Shown here in pieces: positions 29,495 through 39,901 of a stretch of 64,000 nucleotides of DNA. Under the pieces are notes generated by a model, which did not search any database, was not told the DNA's origin, and saw only the letters and a program-made list of their open reading frames with translations. The position numbers and the translations under genes are program-made. The stretch is from Candidatus Binatia bacterium. Lineage in GTDB: Bacteria; Desulfobacterota; Binatia; HRBIN30. The stretch spans positions 96,001 through 160,000 of the forward strand of contig JBBRSP010000005.1 in assembly GCA_038245295.1 (NCBI GenBank), read 5' to 3'. How positions within the stretch are numbered: position 1 is the first letter of the stretch; each line of letters starts with the position of its first letter.

Positions 29495-29979
29495 CGTGTC
29501 GCCGCTGGCGCGAATAGAGGCAGGAGTTTGTCGTAGGTGGCATCGAGATGTTCCGGCATGACCCGGGTATCCGCGAGCAGCGGCATGAAGTTGGTATCGC
29601 CGATCCACCGCGGTACGAGATGCCAGTGTAGATGATCGAGCACACCGGCGCCGGCGGCGGCGCCGAGGTTGATGCCGATGTTCATGCCTTCCGGTTTGAA
29701 CTCCTGTCGGAGGATAAGGGCGGCGCGCTGCACCATCGCCATCACCGCCTGAAATTCATCGGCGGGCATGGCCGCCAGGTCGGCTGTATGGCGCTGGGGC
29801 GCTACCATCAGATGAGCACTGCCGTAGGGAAACTTGTTGAGCATCACGATCACCGGTTCGCGAACCAGGATCAGATGCTGACGAGGGTCGGCGGCGTCAT
29901 GCGCCAGACAGAAGATGCAGCCGGGCTGCTTTGGACTGGTAATGTAGGCGCCGCGCCACGGCGCCCAAACGACATCCAT
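29491..29979 (-). CDS. HIT family hydrolase (Ap4A phosphorylase-like)
   Basis: WAPWR, CIFC, LNKFPY, HLHWHLVPRW.GDTNFMP. Confidence 0.92.
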   Translation of the reverse strand: MDVVWAPWRGAYITSPKQPGCIFCLAHDAADPRQHLILVREPVIVMLNKFPYGSAHLMVAPQRHTADLAAMPADEFQAVMAMVQRAALILRQEFKPEGMNIGINLGAAAGAGVLDHLHWHLVPRWIGDTNFMPLLADTRVMPEHLDATYDKLLPLFAPAATR

Positions 29980-29982
29980 GCT

Positions 29983-30336
29983 CTAGGAGTCGGACTCCGG
30001 CGAATCGGTTTCCCGATCCGCCGCGGTCACCGGTTGACCGTCGACACGCAAACGCAGCTCTTTGCCGACCTTGAAGAATGGCACCCGCTTAGCGGCAACC
30101 GACACGGTACGACCCGTCTTCGGATTACGGCCCTCGCGCGATCGTCGGTGTTTGACGACGAAGCTGCCGAAGCCGCGGATCTCGATCCGTTCCTCGTTTC
30201 GCAAGGCATCCGCCATCGTTGCGAAGATCGCATTAACGATGACTTCTGCCTCGCGACGCGAAAACTTTGGGGTCGAGGCGTCTCCCTGGTCGGTGTAACG
30301 CTTGGCCACTTCCTCGATCAAGCCGCGCTTCGTCAT
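29983..30336 (-). CDS. ihfB: Integration host factor beta / HU-family protein
   Basis: RIEIRGFGSF, GRNPKTG, VPFFKVGKELR; located after rpsA. Confidence 0.9.
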   Translation of the reverse strand: MTKRGLIEEVAKRYTDQGDASTPKFSRREAEVIVNAIFATMADALRNEERIEIRGFGSFVVKHRRSREGRNPKTGRTVSVAAKRVPFFKVGKELRLRVDGQPVTAADRETDSPESDS

Positions 30337-30343
30337 GGGTTAC

Positions 30344-32047
30344 TCAGTCTTTCTTGTCACGGTCCAGACGTAGGCCCTCACCCATCACATCCCCAAGAGA
30401 GAATCGCGCCTCGCGATCCTTTTGCATGTACGTTTCCATTTCCTGGCGCTCTTCGCTGCGACGCAGGGCCTTGATGCTGAGCGCGATCTTGCGCTCACGC
30501 GCATCGACCTGCGTCACCTCGGCTTCGACGTCCTGCCCAGGTTGATACACCTGCTGCGGCTTCTCGACGCGCTCGTTGCTGAGCTGCGAGACATGCACCA
30601 GGCCTTCGACACCCTCTTCGAGCTCGACGAAGACGCCAAAGTCGGTCACCGTCGTCACCTTGCCGTGCACGCGGGTACCGACCGGAAACCGCGAGGCCAT
30701 CGACTGCCACGGGTCTTCGCTGAGTTGCTTGACGCCGAGAGCAACACGCTCGTTGTCGACATCGATCGATAGGACGACCGCATCGATCTCGTCGCCCTTC
30801 TTGTAGAGCTCCGAGGGATGCTTGACCTTCTTGGTCCAGTGCAAATCGGAGATGTGCACCAGCCCGTCGATGCCTTCGTCGATCCCGAGGAATACGCCGA
30901 AGTCGGTGATGTGCTTGATGGCGCCGTGCACACGTGAACCAACCGGGTAGTTCATGCGCAGCAATTCCCACGGATTGGGAGCGGCTTGCTTGAGACCTAG
31001 CGAGATGCGGCGGTTGGCTGGATCGATATCGAGAACGACGACGTCAACCTCCTGGTTGACCTCAACGATCTTCGAGGGGTGCGTGACGCGCTTGGTCCAC
31101 GACATCTCGGAGACGTGCACCAAACCTTCGACCCCGGGCTCCAACTCAACGAAGGCGCCGTAGTCGGCCAGGCTGACGATCTTGCCGTGCAGGCGTGCAC
31201 CGATCGGGAAACGATCGCCGACGGAAGCCCACGGATCCGGCATGATCTGCTTCATGCCGAGCGAAACACGACCGCGTTCAGGATCGAACTTCAGGACGAC
31301 AACTTTGACCTTCTCGCCGACCTGGACGATGTCGGACGGGCGGCTGACGCGCCCCCACGACATGTCGGTGACGTGCAGCAAGCCGTCGAGGCCGCCTAGA
31401 TCAACGAATGCGCCGTAGTCGGTGATGTTCTTCACCGTGCCTTCGAGGATGATACCTTCCTCGAGCACCTTCATCGTCTCGTCGCGCATTTGGTCGCGCT
31501 CACGCTCGAGCACCGAGCGGCGCGAAACAACAACGTTGCCACGAGCTCGATTGAACTTGAGGATTTGAAACTGGCCACGCTGCCCGAGGTAACGATCGAG
31601 GTTGCGCGGTGGCCGGAGATCGGCGTGCGAGCCCGGAAGGAAGGCGGCAACGCCGACATCCACCTTCAGACCGCCCTTCACCTTGCCAACAATCACGCCC
31701 TCGATGGTGCCTTCGGCGTTGAATGCATCTTCGATATCGCGCCAGACCTTGAACTGTTCCGCCTTGGCGCGCGACAGATGCACGCCGTCCGAATCAGTGC
31801 CGTCGAAGAAGACGTCGACTTCGTCGCCCTCCTGGACTTCGATGTGGCCGTCGCGATTGGTGAACTCTTGGACCGGGATCACTCCCTCGGACTTGAACCC
31901 GATGTCTACCGTGATTTGATCACGTGAGACATGAACTACGCGCCCGCGGACGACTTCGCCGGGCTTAACCGCCCGCATGCTCTGCTCAAAGAGAGCGCCG
32001 AAGTCACTCTCACCGGTCGACGCAGCCGCGTCTCGTGCCTGTTCCAT
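30344..32047 (-). CDS. rpsA: 30S ribosomal protein S1
   Basis: Six S1 repeats (DYGAFVDLGG.DGLLHVTDMSW and similar). Confidence 0.98.
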   Translation of the reverse strand: MEQARDAAASTGESDFGALFEQSMRAVKPGEVVRGRVVHVSRDQITVDIGFKSEGVIPVQEFTNRDGHIEVQEGDEVDVFFDGTDSDGVHLSRAKAEQFKVWRDIEDAFNAEGTIEGVIVGKVKGGLKVDVGVAAFLPGSHADLRPPRNLDRYLGQRGQFQILKFNRARGNVVVSRRSVLERERDQMRDETMKVLEEGIILEGTVKNITDYGAFVDLGGLDGLLHVTDMSWGRVSRPSDIVQVGEKVKVVVLKFDPERGRVSLGMKQIMPDPWASVGDRFPIGARLHGKIVSLADYGAFVELEPGVEGLVHVSEMSWTKRVTHPSKIVEVNQEVDVVVLDIDPANRRISLGLKQAAPNPWELLRMNYPVGSRVHGAIKHITDFGVFLGIDEGIDGLVHISDLHWTKKVKHPSELYKKGDEIDAVVLSIDVDNERVALGVKQLSEDPWQSMASRFPVGTRVHGKVTTVTDFGVFVELEEGVEGLVHVSQLSNERVEKPQQVYQPGQDVEAEVTQVDARERKIALSIKALRRSEERQEMETYMQKDREARFSLGDVMGEGLRLDRDKKD

Positions 32048-32097
32048 GTGGTTAGAACCCCCTGAAGGATGAACTCGCGCTGTTCATATCGCCGTGA

Positions 32098-32784
32098 CTA
32101 TATGCTTTCAAGCGCGGCTACGCGCGTTGCGACCAACTTCCGCAACGCGTCAACGACCTGATCAACTCCGAGCTTTGTTGTGTCCATGATGACCGCATCT
32201 CCTGCCGGGCGTAAAGGTGAATGACTGCGCGACATGTCGCGTTCATCCCGCTCGGCGATCTCACGTTCCATCTGCTCCAACTCCGCTTCCGAAACAACCC
32301 TTTTATTTTCCGTGGCTCGTCGCCGCGCTCGTTCGCGCGGTGAGGCGTCCAGAAAAACCTTTACCGGCGCATCCGGGAAAACAACCGTCCCGATGTCACG
32401 CCCTTCCATGACCACTCCGCCGTCCGCGCCCATGCGCCGCTGCGACGCCACCAGGGCCTCGCGCACCACCGGCACCGCTGAGGTCTTCGATGCTTGCTGA
32501 GCCGCCTCGGGCAAACGAATGAGTGCGCTGACGTCGCGCCCGTCGGCAAGTGTGATTACACGGCCATCCGTTTCGACGAATTCGATGCGCGTGCGATCGC
32601 ACAGCGTAGCCAACGCGGAAGCGTCGGCGAGGTCTATTTTTTCTTCTGATGAAAGCAAACCGATGACGCGGTACATCGCGCCTGTATCAACGTAGCGATA
32701 CCCGAGCGCCTGCGCCAGGTTTCGGCTGACAGTACTCTTACCGGCTCCGGCCGGGCCATCGATGGCGACGACGATGCGTTTCAT
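32098..32784 (-). CDS. cmk: Cytidylate kinase
   Basis: VAIDGPAGAGKST, DTGAMYR, EGRDIGTVVFPDA. Start overlaps the aroA stop. Confidence 0.97.
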   Translation of the reverse strand: MKRIVVAIDGPAGAGKSTVSRNLAQALGYRYVDTGAMYRVIGLLSSEEKIDLADASALATLCDRTRIEFVETDGRVITLADGRDVSALIRLPEAAQQASKTSAVPVVREALVASQRRMGADGGVVMEGRDIGTVVFPDAPVKVFLDASPRERARRRATENKRVVSEAELEQMEREIAERDERDMSRSHSPLRPAGDAVIMDTTKLGVDQVVDALRKLVATRVAALESI

Positions 32785-34061
32785 CGGCGTAACACCTCGA
32801 GTCGATCGAAGAAGTCCGGGAATGTCTTCCGCACGCAATCGGGGTCGCAAATACCGACGCCGGGCACGCGCAGTCCAAGAAGAGCAAAACTCATGGCGAT
32901 CCGGTGATCGTCGTACGTCGAAACGTCGGCGGAACGCAACAGAGAAGGCATGATCTGAATTCCTTCCGCTTCCTCGACAACCGTCGCGCCAAGGCGCTTC
33001 AACTCGGTGGCCACGGCATGAAGGCGATCACTCTCCTGTAGGCGCAGATGTCCGACGTTGCGGATGTGCACCGGCCCCGAAGCCAGCGGTGCAATGGCCG
33101 CTAACGTTGGCGCGGTGTCGGAGATAGCATTCATATCGACATCGACCCCAGTCAACTGCGCCGGCCCCTGCACTTCAATAAAGTCGGCGCCGCGTCGCAC
33201 CGTCGCTCCCATTTGCTCGAGGATGTCGACAAATCGCACATCGCCCTGGAGCGACGCCTGGCTGAGGCCTTCCACTCGCACGCAGCCACCGGTGATCGCC
33301 GCGGCAGCCCAGAAGTAGTGAGCTCCCGACGCGTCGGGCTCGATACGATAGGCACGCCCGCGATAACGCTGCGGGCTGATACGAAAATGCTCATACCCCG
33401 AACGCTCGACCTCGACGCCGAACTCGCGCATCACCGCCAGGGTCATGTCGATGTAGGGAGCCGCGACCAGACCGTTCTTGAGATCGACCGTGATGGCCGC
33501 CTGGGCATAGGGCGCCACCTGTAATACGGCCGACAGGAATTGGCTGCTCTTCGAGGCATCAATCGTCGTGTGCCCGCCACGCAATCCAGCCGCCTGAATG
33601 ACGACCGGCGGGCAGCCACCAGGTGATTCGCAGCGCACGTCGGCACCCAACTGAACCAGCGCATCGACGAGATCCTGGATCGGTCGTTGGCGCATGCGCG
33701 GAGTGCCATCGATTCGATACGTGCCGTTGCCGACGCACAACGCAGCCACCAGGAAACGCATGGCGGTGCCGGCGTTGCCGGCAAACAGATCCGCCTGCGT
33801 CGCCGGGATACGGCCGCCGCAGCCTTGGACAACGAAGCGATTGGCCGACTCCTCCGCGACGATCGCGACGCCGAGCCGTTTCCACGACTCGGCCATGTGG
33901 TGTGTATCGTCAGAAAACAGGGCACCGTCCAAAATCGACTCGCCTTCCGCCAGCGCCGCGATCAGCAGCGCGCGGTTGGTAATGCTCTTCGAACCCGGCA
34001 CCGTCACCGTGGCGTGCGGCGGCCGTTCGAGAGGGATGAGATTGAGTACGGCCTTGATCAA
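32781..34061 (-). CDS. aroA: 3-phosphoshikimate 1-carboxyvinyltransferase
   Basis: PGSKSITNR, GNAGTAMR, SSQFLS, RLQESDR, DDHRIAMSF, KTFPDFF. Confidence 0.97.
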   Translation of the reverse strand: MIKAVLNLIPLERPPHATVTVPGSKSITNRALLIAALAEGESILDGALFSDDTHHMAESWKRLGVAIVAEESANRFVVQGCGGRIPATQADLFAGNAGTAMRFLVAALCVGNGTYRIDGTPRMRQRPIQDLVDALVQLGADVRCESPGGCPPVVIQAAGLRGGHTTIDASKSSQFLSAVLQVAPYAQAAITVDLKNGLVAAPYIDMTLAVMREFGVEVERSGYEHFRISPQRYRGRAYRIEPDASGAHYFWAAAAITGGCVRVEGLSQASLQGDVRFVDILEQMGATVRRGADFIEVQGPAQLTGVDVDMNAISDTAPTLAAIAPLASGPVHIRNVGHLRLQESDRLHAVATELKRLGATVVEEAEGIQIMPSLLRSADVSTYDDHRIAMSFALLGLRVPGVGICDPDCVRKTFPDFFDRLEVLRR

Positions 34062-34930
34062 GTCGCCGACTCCTCGTTGCGCCAGGTATGGCGCGCTTGC
34101 CGCGCGCGCTCCAGGAACCGAACGATCGCGGCACGATCACCGGTATCGATAGCCTGGCGCAGCGCCGTCACGCTTGCGACGAAGCGCGTGCTCGCGTCGT
34201 CCACGGCGCGCGCGTTGGCCAGCAGAATATCGGCCCACATCTCGCTCGAACTGGCGGCGACACGGGTGGCGCTGCGAAAGCTCGGGCCGGCGAAGTCGGC
34301 GAGATGAGGATCCGCATCGAGCAGCGCGTCGACGAGACTAAAGGCGATGACGTGCGGCAGGTGACTCACCCAGCCGAGAATGGCGTCATGGCGCGCCGCG
34401 TCCATGACGTCGACGGTCATCCCGACACCCTCCCAAAGCGCCCGGACCTGGGCGACAGCGACGTCGGTAGATCGCGCACTCGGCGTGACGATACAACGGG
34501 CGGAGCGAAACAGCTCAGCCCGCGCCGCCGCCGCGCCAGCATCTTCTGTACCGGCAATCGGGTGGGCACCGACGAAAGTCACGTGGCTCGGCAACAAGGG
34601 TTCGATTTCGTCGATCACGGAGCGCTTCACACTGCCGGCATCGGTAACGATCGCGCCGGCCTTGAACGCCGGCGCAGCAGCTCGAACGATGTCCGCCATG
34701 CTGGTGATGGGCGTCGCCAGAAGCACAAGGTCGGCGTCGCGGACGGCGTCGGCGGCATCGTCGGTGGCGCGATCGATCATGCCGCGATCGAGGGCGATCT
34801 GCAGATTAGCGGCCGAGCGCCCGCAGCCGACGGTTTCGCCAATGAGCCCGGCGGCACGAGCGGCAAGCGCAAACGAGCCGCCGATCAGGCCGACTCCGCA
34901 GATCGCGGCATGCTCAAAACGGGGTGGCAC
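34058..34930 (-). CDS. tyrA: Prephenate/arogenate dehydrogenase
   Basis: GVGLIGGS, DAGSVK, HPIAGTE, HD...SHLPH, TRVAASS. GTG 34930 has a GGAGG RBS. Confidence 0.93.
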   Translation of the reverse strand: MPPRFEHAAICGVGLIGGSFALAARAAGLIGETVGCGRSAANLQIALDRGMIDRATDDAADAVRDADLVLLATPITSMADIVRAAAPAFKAGAIVTDAGSVKRSVIDEIEPLLPSHVTFVGAHPIAGTEDAGAAAARAELFRSARCIVTPSARSTDVAVAQVRALWEGVGMTVDVMDAARHDAILGWVSHLPHVIAFSLVDALLDADPHLADFAGPSFRSATRVAASSSEMWADILLANARAVDDASTRFVASVTALRQAIDTGDRAAIVRFLERARQARHTWRNEESAT

Positions 34931-36038
34931 TTTTTCCTCCGGCACGCCCCACCTTTTCGACGGCTTTGACGCAGCGCTCGTTCTCTTCGGCGGTGCCGAC
35001 CGTGATGCGCACGTGTTCGGCAAAACCGTAGACACCCATCGGACGCACAATCACGCCTTCGCGCAACAAGGCTTCGTAGACACGTACGCCGTTGCCGACA
35101 CGCACGAGCAGGAAGTTGGCCCAGCTGGGCACACACTCCAAGCCAAGGCGTTCAAACGCCGCGCGCAAGTAGGCCAGCCCCTCGCGGTTGCAGCGCCGCG
35201 TTCGTTCGACATGCTCGGTGTCGTCGAGCGCAGCAAGGGCGCCCACCTGTGCCAAGCTGGTGACGTTGAACGGCGCGCGAACGCGATTCATGTAATCCAT
35301 CAGCAACGGGTTGCCGATGCCAACGCCGATGCGCAGCCCCGCCAAACCATAGATTTTCGAGAAGGTCCGCAAGGTCAGCAACAGACGATTGCCATCTTGT
35401 GCCGCCAACGAGTCGGGATACTCGGGATCCTCGACGAACTCGAAGTACGCCTCGTCCATGACGATGATCACATGCGGCGGCACGCTGCGCAGAAACTCTT
35501 CCCAGTCGCGGCGCAAGAAGATCGTCCCGGTCGGGTTGTTCGGGTTGGCGAGAAAAACAAGGCGCGTCGCCGGCGTAATGGCTTCGGCGATGGCCTCGAG
35601 ATCGTGGGTATAGTTGCGCAGGGGGATGATCTTGCTGTGGCCGCCAATCGCCTGAACCGCGAGTTTGTAGATGACGAACGCCTGATCGGCCATGACGGCC
35701 TCGTCGCCACGCTGCATGAAGGTGCGCACGGCAAGCTCGATCAGCTCGTTCGAACCGTTGCCGAAGAGAAGCGCCTCGGGCGACACGCCAAGCTTGTTCG
35801 CCAGGGCGCGCTTCAAATAATAGCAGTTGCCGTCGGGGTAGCGGTGCAACTGCGGTAGGGCGGCCGTGATTGCCGCCAACGCCTTGGGCGACGGACCGAG
35901 GGGGTTTTCGTTCGACGCCACCTTGATCGAATTGAAAACACCGTATTCGCGCTCGAGCTCCTCGATCGGCTTGCCGGGCGGATAGGGATCAAGCGCACGG
36001 ATCCAATCGGGAACGAGATGTTTGGTATCGATTGTCAT
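34914..36038 (-). CDS. hisC: Histidinol-phosphate aminotransferase
   Basis: YPPGKP, ASNENPLG, GNGSNE, NPNNPTG, DEAY, RTFSKIYGLAGLRIG. Confidence 0.95.
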   Translation of the reverse strand: MTIDTKHLVPDWIRALDPYPPGKPIEELEREYGVFNSIKVASNENPLGPSPKALAAITAALPQLHRYPDGNCYYLKRALANKLGVSPEALLFGNGSNELIELAVRTFMQRGDEAVMADQAFVIYKLAVQAIGGHSKIIPLRNYTHDLEAIAEAITPATRLVFLANPNNPTGTIFLRRDWEEFLRSVPPHVIIVMDEAYFEFVEDPEYPDSLAAQDGNRLLLTLRTFSKIYGLAGLRIGVGIGNPLLMDYMNRVRAPFNVTSLAQVGALAALDDTEHVERTRRCNREGLAYLRAAFERLGLECVPSWANFLLVRVGNGVRVYEALLREGVIVRPMGVYGFAEHVRITVGTAEENERCVKAVEKVGRAGGKSATPF

Positions 36039-36045
36039 AGTGTCC

Positions 36046-37134
36046 TTAGGCCGGGCGCAGGGCCGACGGGTACGAACCGAGGACGCGACAGAACAAGCTC
36101 TGCTCGCGTACCGCGTCCAGGGCACGGGCGACCTCGGGGGATTCCACGTGTCCGACCATGTCGAGGAAGAACACGTATTCCCAGGCGTGGCCCTTGAGAG
36201 GACGCGACTCGATGTTGCACAGGCTCACGCTGTTGTCGGCAAAGGGCTTCAGGATACGAAACAACGCACCGGCTTCGTGGGGCGCCGACAGGACGACACT
36301 CGTCTTATCGTCACCACTGGGCCCGCCGATGCTGTCGCGTCCGAGCACCAGGAATCGGGTATAATTGTTGGCCTGGTCCTGAATGTTGGCGGCGATCACT
36401 TTCAATCCGTGCAGCTCCGCGGCGATGCGCCCGGCAATTGCCGCGACGGAGCGCTGCCGCCGCGCCAACTCGGCCGCCTGCGAGTTGCTGCCGGCCTCTA
36501 CCTGCGGCGTGCGCGGATAGTTGACCTGCAACCAATGACGGCATTGGCCGAGCGACTGCGGGTGCGACACGATGCGGCGGATCTTCGACGGATCACCGCT
36601 CAGCGACATCAGGCATTGTTCGACACGCAGCTGCACTTCGGCCTTGATCGTCAGCGGCGACTCCACCAGGCGGTCCAGGGTAGCAGCCACGGCACCCTCG
36701 GTGGAGTTTTCCACCGGGACGATGCCGTAGTCGGCACGCTGATGCTCGACTTCATCAAAGACCTCACTGAACGTATCGACCGCCACGATCGTGGTCTGGG
36801 CCCCAAATTGTTCAATGACGGCCTGGTGCGAGAAGGTCCCGAGCGGCCCCAGGCAGGCAATCCGCAGCGGCTGCTCGAGAGAAAGACAGGCGGCGATCAC
36901 CTCGCGGAAGATCGCACGCACCCGTTCGTTCGGCAGCGGCCCCTGGTTGAGCTGCTGCAGACGACGGAAAATGTCCTTCTCGCGCGAGGGTCGATAGATG
37001 CTGCCGTTGGTATGGCGCTTGTATTCGCCGACCTGCACCACCTGCTCGGCGCGTTGGTTCAGCAACTCAAGCAGTTGGGTATCGATTTGATCGATTTTGC
37101 GGCGCAGAGCGTCAAGCGACAGGCGGCGAGCCAA
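36046..37134 (-). CDS. pheA: Chorismate mutase/prephenate dehydratase (P-protein)
   Basis: LRRKIDQID, LGPLGTFS, PVENSTEG, SHPQ, NYTRFL, IESRP. Confidence 0.96.
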   Translation of the reverse strand: MARRLSLDALRRKIDQIDTQLLELLNQRAEQVVQVGEYKRHTNGSIYRPSREKDIFRRLQQLNQGPLPNERVRAIFREVIAACLSLEQPLRIACLGPLGTFSHQAVIEQFGAQTTIVAVDTFSEVFDEVEHQRADYGIVPVENSTEGAVAATLDRLVESPLTIKAEVQLRVEQCLMSLSGDPSKIRRIVSHPQSLGQCRHWLQVNYPRTPQVEAGSNSQAAELARRQRSVAAIAGRIAAELHGLKVIAANIQDQANNYTRFLVLGRDSIGGPSGDDKTSVVLSAPHEAGALFRILKPFADNSVSLCNIESRPLKGHAWEYVFFLDMVGHVESPEVARALDAVREQSLFCRVLGSYPSALRPA

Positions 37135-37346
37135 GGCATCCCCTCGAAGACATCCATGCGGCAAACACCTCACATGCGCCGCACGCGCCCGGGACCCCCA
37201 TCACATTGCATGTCTTCATGGATTTGTGACCGACGGCGGCTGAGCTAGCCCAGGCCCGCGATAATTGCAACGCACGGCACACGGGTTCCTCTCTATCGAG
37301 GAGGATCGAATGATGATTCGAGTATGATTGACAACGCTGGACGCGC

Positions 37347-37754
37347 TTAAGGCGTGTGCGCCGGCTCCAATCGCAGCGCCAGAGACTCCGACGTATCAGC
37401 GATCATCCCAATCCACACATCGGCCCAGCCGTAGCGCTGGCGCAGCAAGCGACGGATGAGCAGGTGACCATCCGGCTGTTTCAGGACGACGACACGATGC
37501 GACTCGATGCGGCCGCCCCGCTTGAGCTCGATCTCCGGGTTGCGCTGGATATCGAGATAGAAGGGGCGCTGCGGGTTGGCGATTTCGATATAGGCGGCGC
37601 CATCGTCCTCCGCGACCCAGGTGCGCGTCTCGCGCCAGCCGCCGTCCTCGGCGTGGGTGCGCACGACGACGACCTCCTTTCCTTCTAGGGCGAGCAGGGT
37701 GATCGCGGCAAAGACGAGCGCGAGCCCGAGCACCGAAAGGACGAGCCGCTTCAC
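37347..37754 (-). CDS. Membrane-anchored split-barrel (nitroreductase/DUF2255-like) protein
   Basis: N-terminal TM, RETRTWV, NP..EL, RQRYGWAD. GTGA overlap with the radical SAM stop. Confidence 0.6.
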   Translation of the reverse strand: MKRLVLSVLGLALVFAAITLLALEGKEVVVVRTHAEDGGWRETRTWVAEDDGAAYIEIANPQRPFYLDIQRNPEIELKRGGRIESHRVVVLKQPDGHLLIRRLLRQRYGWADVWIGMIADTSESLALRLEPAHTP

Positions 37755-39103
37755 GAGATGGTGGCCCACGCGTCGGGGTGGGCGCGCAGGTAACGATTCA
37801 CCTTCATGTTGGCGACGAAGTAGGCCATCGTCTCGAGGTAGTTGCCCGTCGGCGGCGGAAACAGCCGGCGAGCGATAGCCTTGGTCGAGTAGAACCCCTG
37901 GTAGACATATTTGAAGCCGTCGAGCATCTGCTCGGTGGTCATCTGCGCCGGCTTGATCAACGGGCTGCCGTAGTCGTAGCGGCCCCAGTCACTCACCAGG
38001 ATGCGGCCGGCCTTCATCATCTCATCGTAGTACTGCGTTCCGGGGTATGGGCACGGGGTGAACAGTTTGAGGAACGTGATCTGGTTGTCGATGAGGAACT
38101 GCAAAGATCGGCCGAAGACATCGAGCGTGTCGCCGTCGAGTCCGACCATCAGCAAAGCAATCACCTGGATGCCTTTGTTGCGGATCGCGGCCAGGTCTTG
38201 GTCGAATCGTTTTGGCCGATTGAAGCCCTTATGGATCGAGCCGAGGCTATCCTCGTTGATACTTTCGAGGCCGATCGACAGGCTCACACAGCCGCTACGC
38301 GCCGCCAGGTCCAGCAGCTCCGGATCACGCGCAATGTTGATCGTGCTCTGGCTCGCCCACTTGATTTTCAGCGGGATCATGGCGCGGAAAAGCTCCTTGG
38401 CCGCATCCGGGCGGGCAATCGGATTGTCGTCCAGAAATAGGATGCGACTGGCGCCGAGCGACTTGATGACTTTGAGATCTTCGATGACTTCTTCCACGGG
38501 ACGCGTGCGGAAGCCGCGCTCGTAGAAGGTCTGCACGGCGCAATAAGAACACGGATGTGGACACCCACGCGAGAAGACCACCGGCCAATGGAAGTACATT
38601 CTGTACAGCCAGCTCTTCTTGAAGGCCTCGTACTTGAGAAGGGGTAAGGTCGTATAGTCGATGCGCGGCATGTCGCGCATCGAATGCCACTCGGACGAGC
38701 GATAGATGCCGCGGCTACGACCGGCGGCAAGATCTTCGAGGACATGCGACCAGACGAACTCGGCTTCCCCCGAGACAACGGCATCGGCGTGTTTCAGGGA
38801 TTCCTGGGCGGTGAGCGTGACCCACGTGCCACCGAGAACGACTTTCTTCCCTTGGGCACGATAGTGGTCGGCCAACTCATAGGCGCGTTTGATTTGCGGG
38901 CCCATGGCGGTGAGGCCGACGACGTCGCAGTTCGGATTCATGTCGACGTCATAGAACAGCTCGTCGACCATCGTGACGTCATGCTCGGGCGGCGTCAGCG
39001 CCTTGAGGTAGGGCAGCGTCGTACCACTGGTCCAATAACGCGTCGTTTTGACCAGCGAGCCATCGGCATTGCGGTGCGACGGTGAGATTAAGTAGATGCG
39101 CAT
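37751..39103 (-). CDS. B12-binding radical SAM protein
   Basis: B12-binding region (VGLT, VVLGG, SGEAE), SRGCPHPCSYC (CxxxCxxC), DDN, GLES, TPCPYPGT. Confidence 0.92.
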   Translation of the reverse strand: MRIYLISPSHRNADGSLVKTTRYWTSGTTLPYLKALTPPEHDVTMVDELFYDVDMNPNCDVVGLTAMGPQIKRAYELADHYRAQGKKVVLGGTWVTLTAQESLKHADAVVSGEAEFVWSHVLEDLAAGRSRGIYRSSEWHSMRDMPRIDYTTLPLLKYEAFKKSWLYRMYFHWPVVFSRGCPHPCSYCAVQTFYERGFRTRPVEEVIEDLKVIKSLGASRILFLDDNPIARPDAAKELFRAMIPLKIKWASQSTINIARDPELLDLAARSGCVSLSIGLESINEDSLGSIHKGFNRPKRFDQDLAAIRNKGIQVIALLMVGLDGDTLDVFGRSLQFLIDNQITFLKLFTPCPYPGTQYYDEMMKAGRILVSDWGRYDYGSPLIKPAQMTTEQMLDGFKYVYQGFYSTKAIARRLFPPPTGNYLETMAYFVANMKVNRYLRAHPDAWATIS

Positions 39104-39193
39104 GATAAGTCGTCGATTGTCGCGTTTTGCGGCGTCGTGTCAACGGTACATCTCCAGATGAATCAGCATTGCACTGTCGCTAAGGTCGCGACG

Positions 39194-39901
39194 ATGTCAT
39201 TACCTGCCAGCCGCTTTCGGATTGCGCTCAACCGGGTGCTCTTCCGCGGCATGTTATTCATCTGTGGCCTGATCGCCATCGCCCTCTACCGTTTCAGCAA
39301 GCCGGCGGCGTGGCGCTTCGCCAAGGTCTCGGCGCGCCTGCTGGCACGCCTATGCGGCGTGGTTGTCCACGTCCGCGGCCTCGAGCATCTCGGCGCCGGG
39401 CCATACATCTATGCACCGAACCATCAGAGCAACTTCGATATCGCCGCCCTGCTGGGCTACCTGCCGGGCATCAACCGCTTTGCCGCCAAGAAGGAGCTGT
39501 TCAGCGAACCGATTCTCGGCCTGGTGCTGCAGACCTTGGGCATGATCCCGATTGATCGCGACAACCCGTTGGATGCCATCGATCGGCTGAAGACTCTGCA
39601 ACTGGAAGGCTCGTCGGTCATCATCTTCCCCGAGGGGACGCGCAGCCGCGACGGTAAACTCTTGCCGTTCAAAAAGGGGCCCTTTGTGGCGGCCATCGGC
39701 CTCGGGTTGCCTATCGTCCCCATCGTCTGCAAGGGCACTATCAAGGTGATGCCGAAGGGCAAGTATCTCTCCATCGTACCGGGCGAGGTCGAGATCATCG
39801 TGTTGCCACCGATCAACGCCAGCGAGTTCGGTTACGAGGGACGCGATCGCTTACGCGACCTGGTGCGCGAGCAGATAGCCAGTCACCTAGATGAATCGTG
39901 A
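39194..39901 (+). CDS. plsC: 1-acyl-sn-glycerol-3-phosphate acyltransferase (PlsC family)
   Basis: NHQSNFD, AKKELF, IDR, FPEGTRS, FKKG. Start uncertain. Confidence 0.88.
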   Translation: MSLPASRFRIALNRVLFRGMLFICGLIAIALYRFSKPAAWRFAKVSARLLARLCGVVVHVRGLEHLGAGPYIYAPNHQSNFDIAALLGYLPGINRFAAKKELFSEPILGLVLQTLGMIPIDRDNPLDAIDRLKTLQLEGSSVIIFPEGTRSRDGKLLPFKKGPFVAAIGLGLPIVPIVCKGTIKVMPKGKYLSIVPGEVEIIVLPPINASEFGYEGRDRLRDLVREQIASHLDES

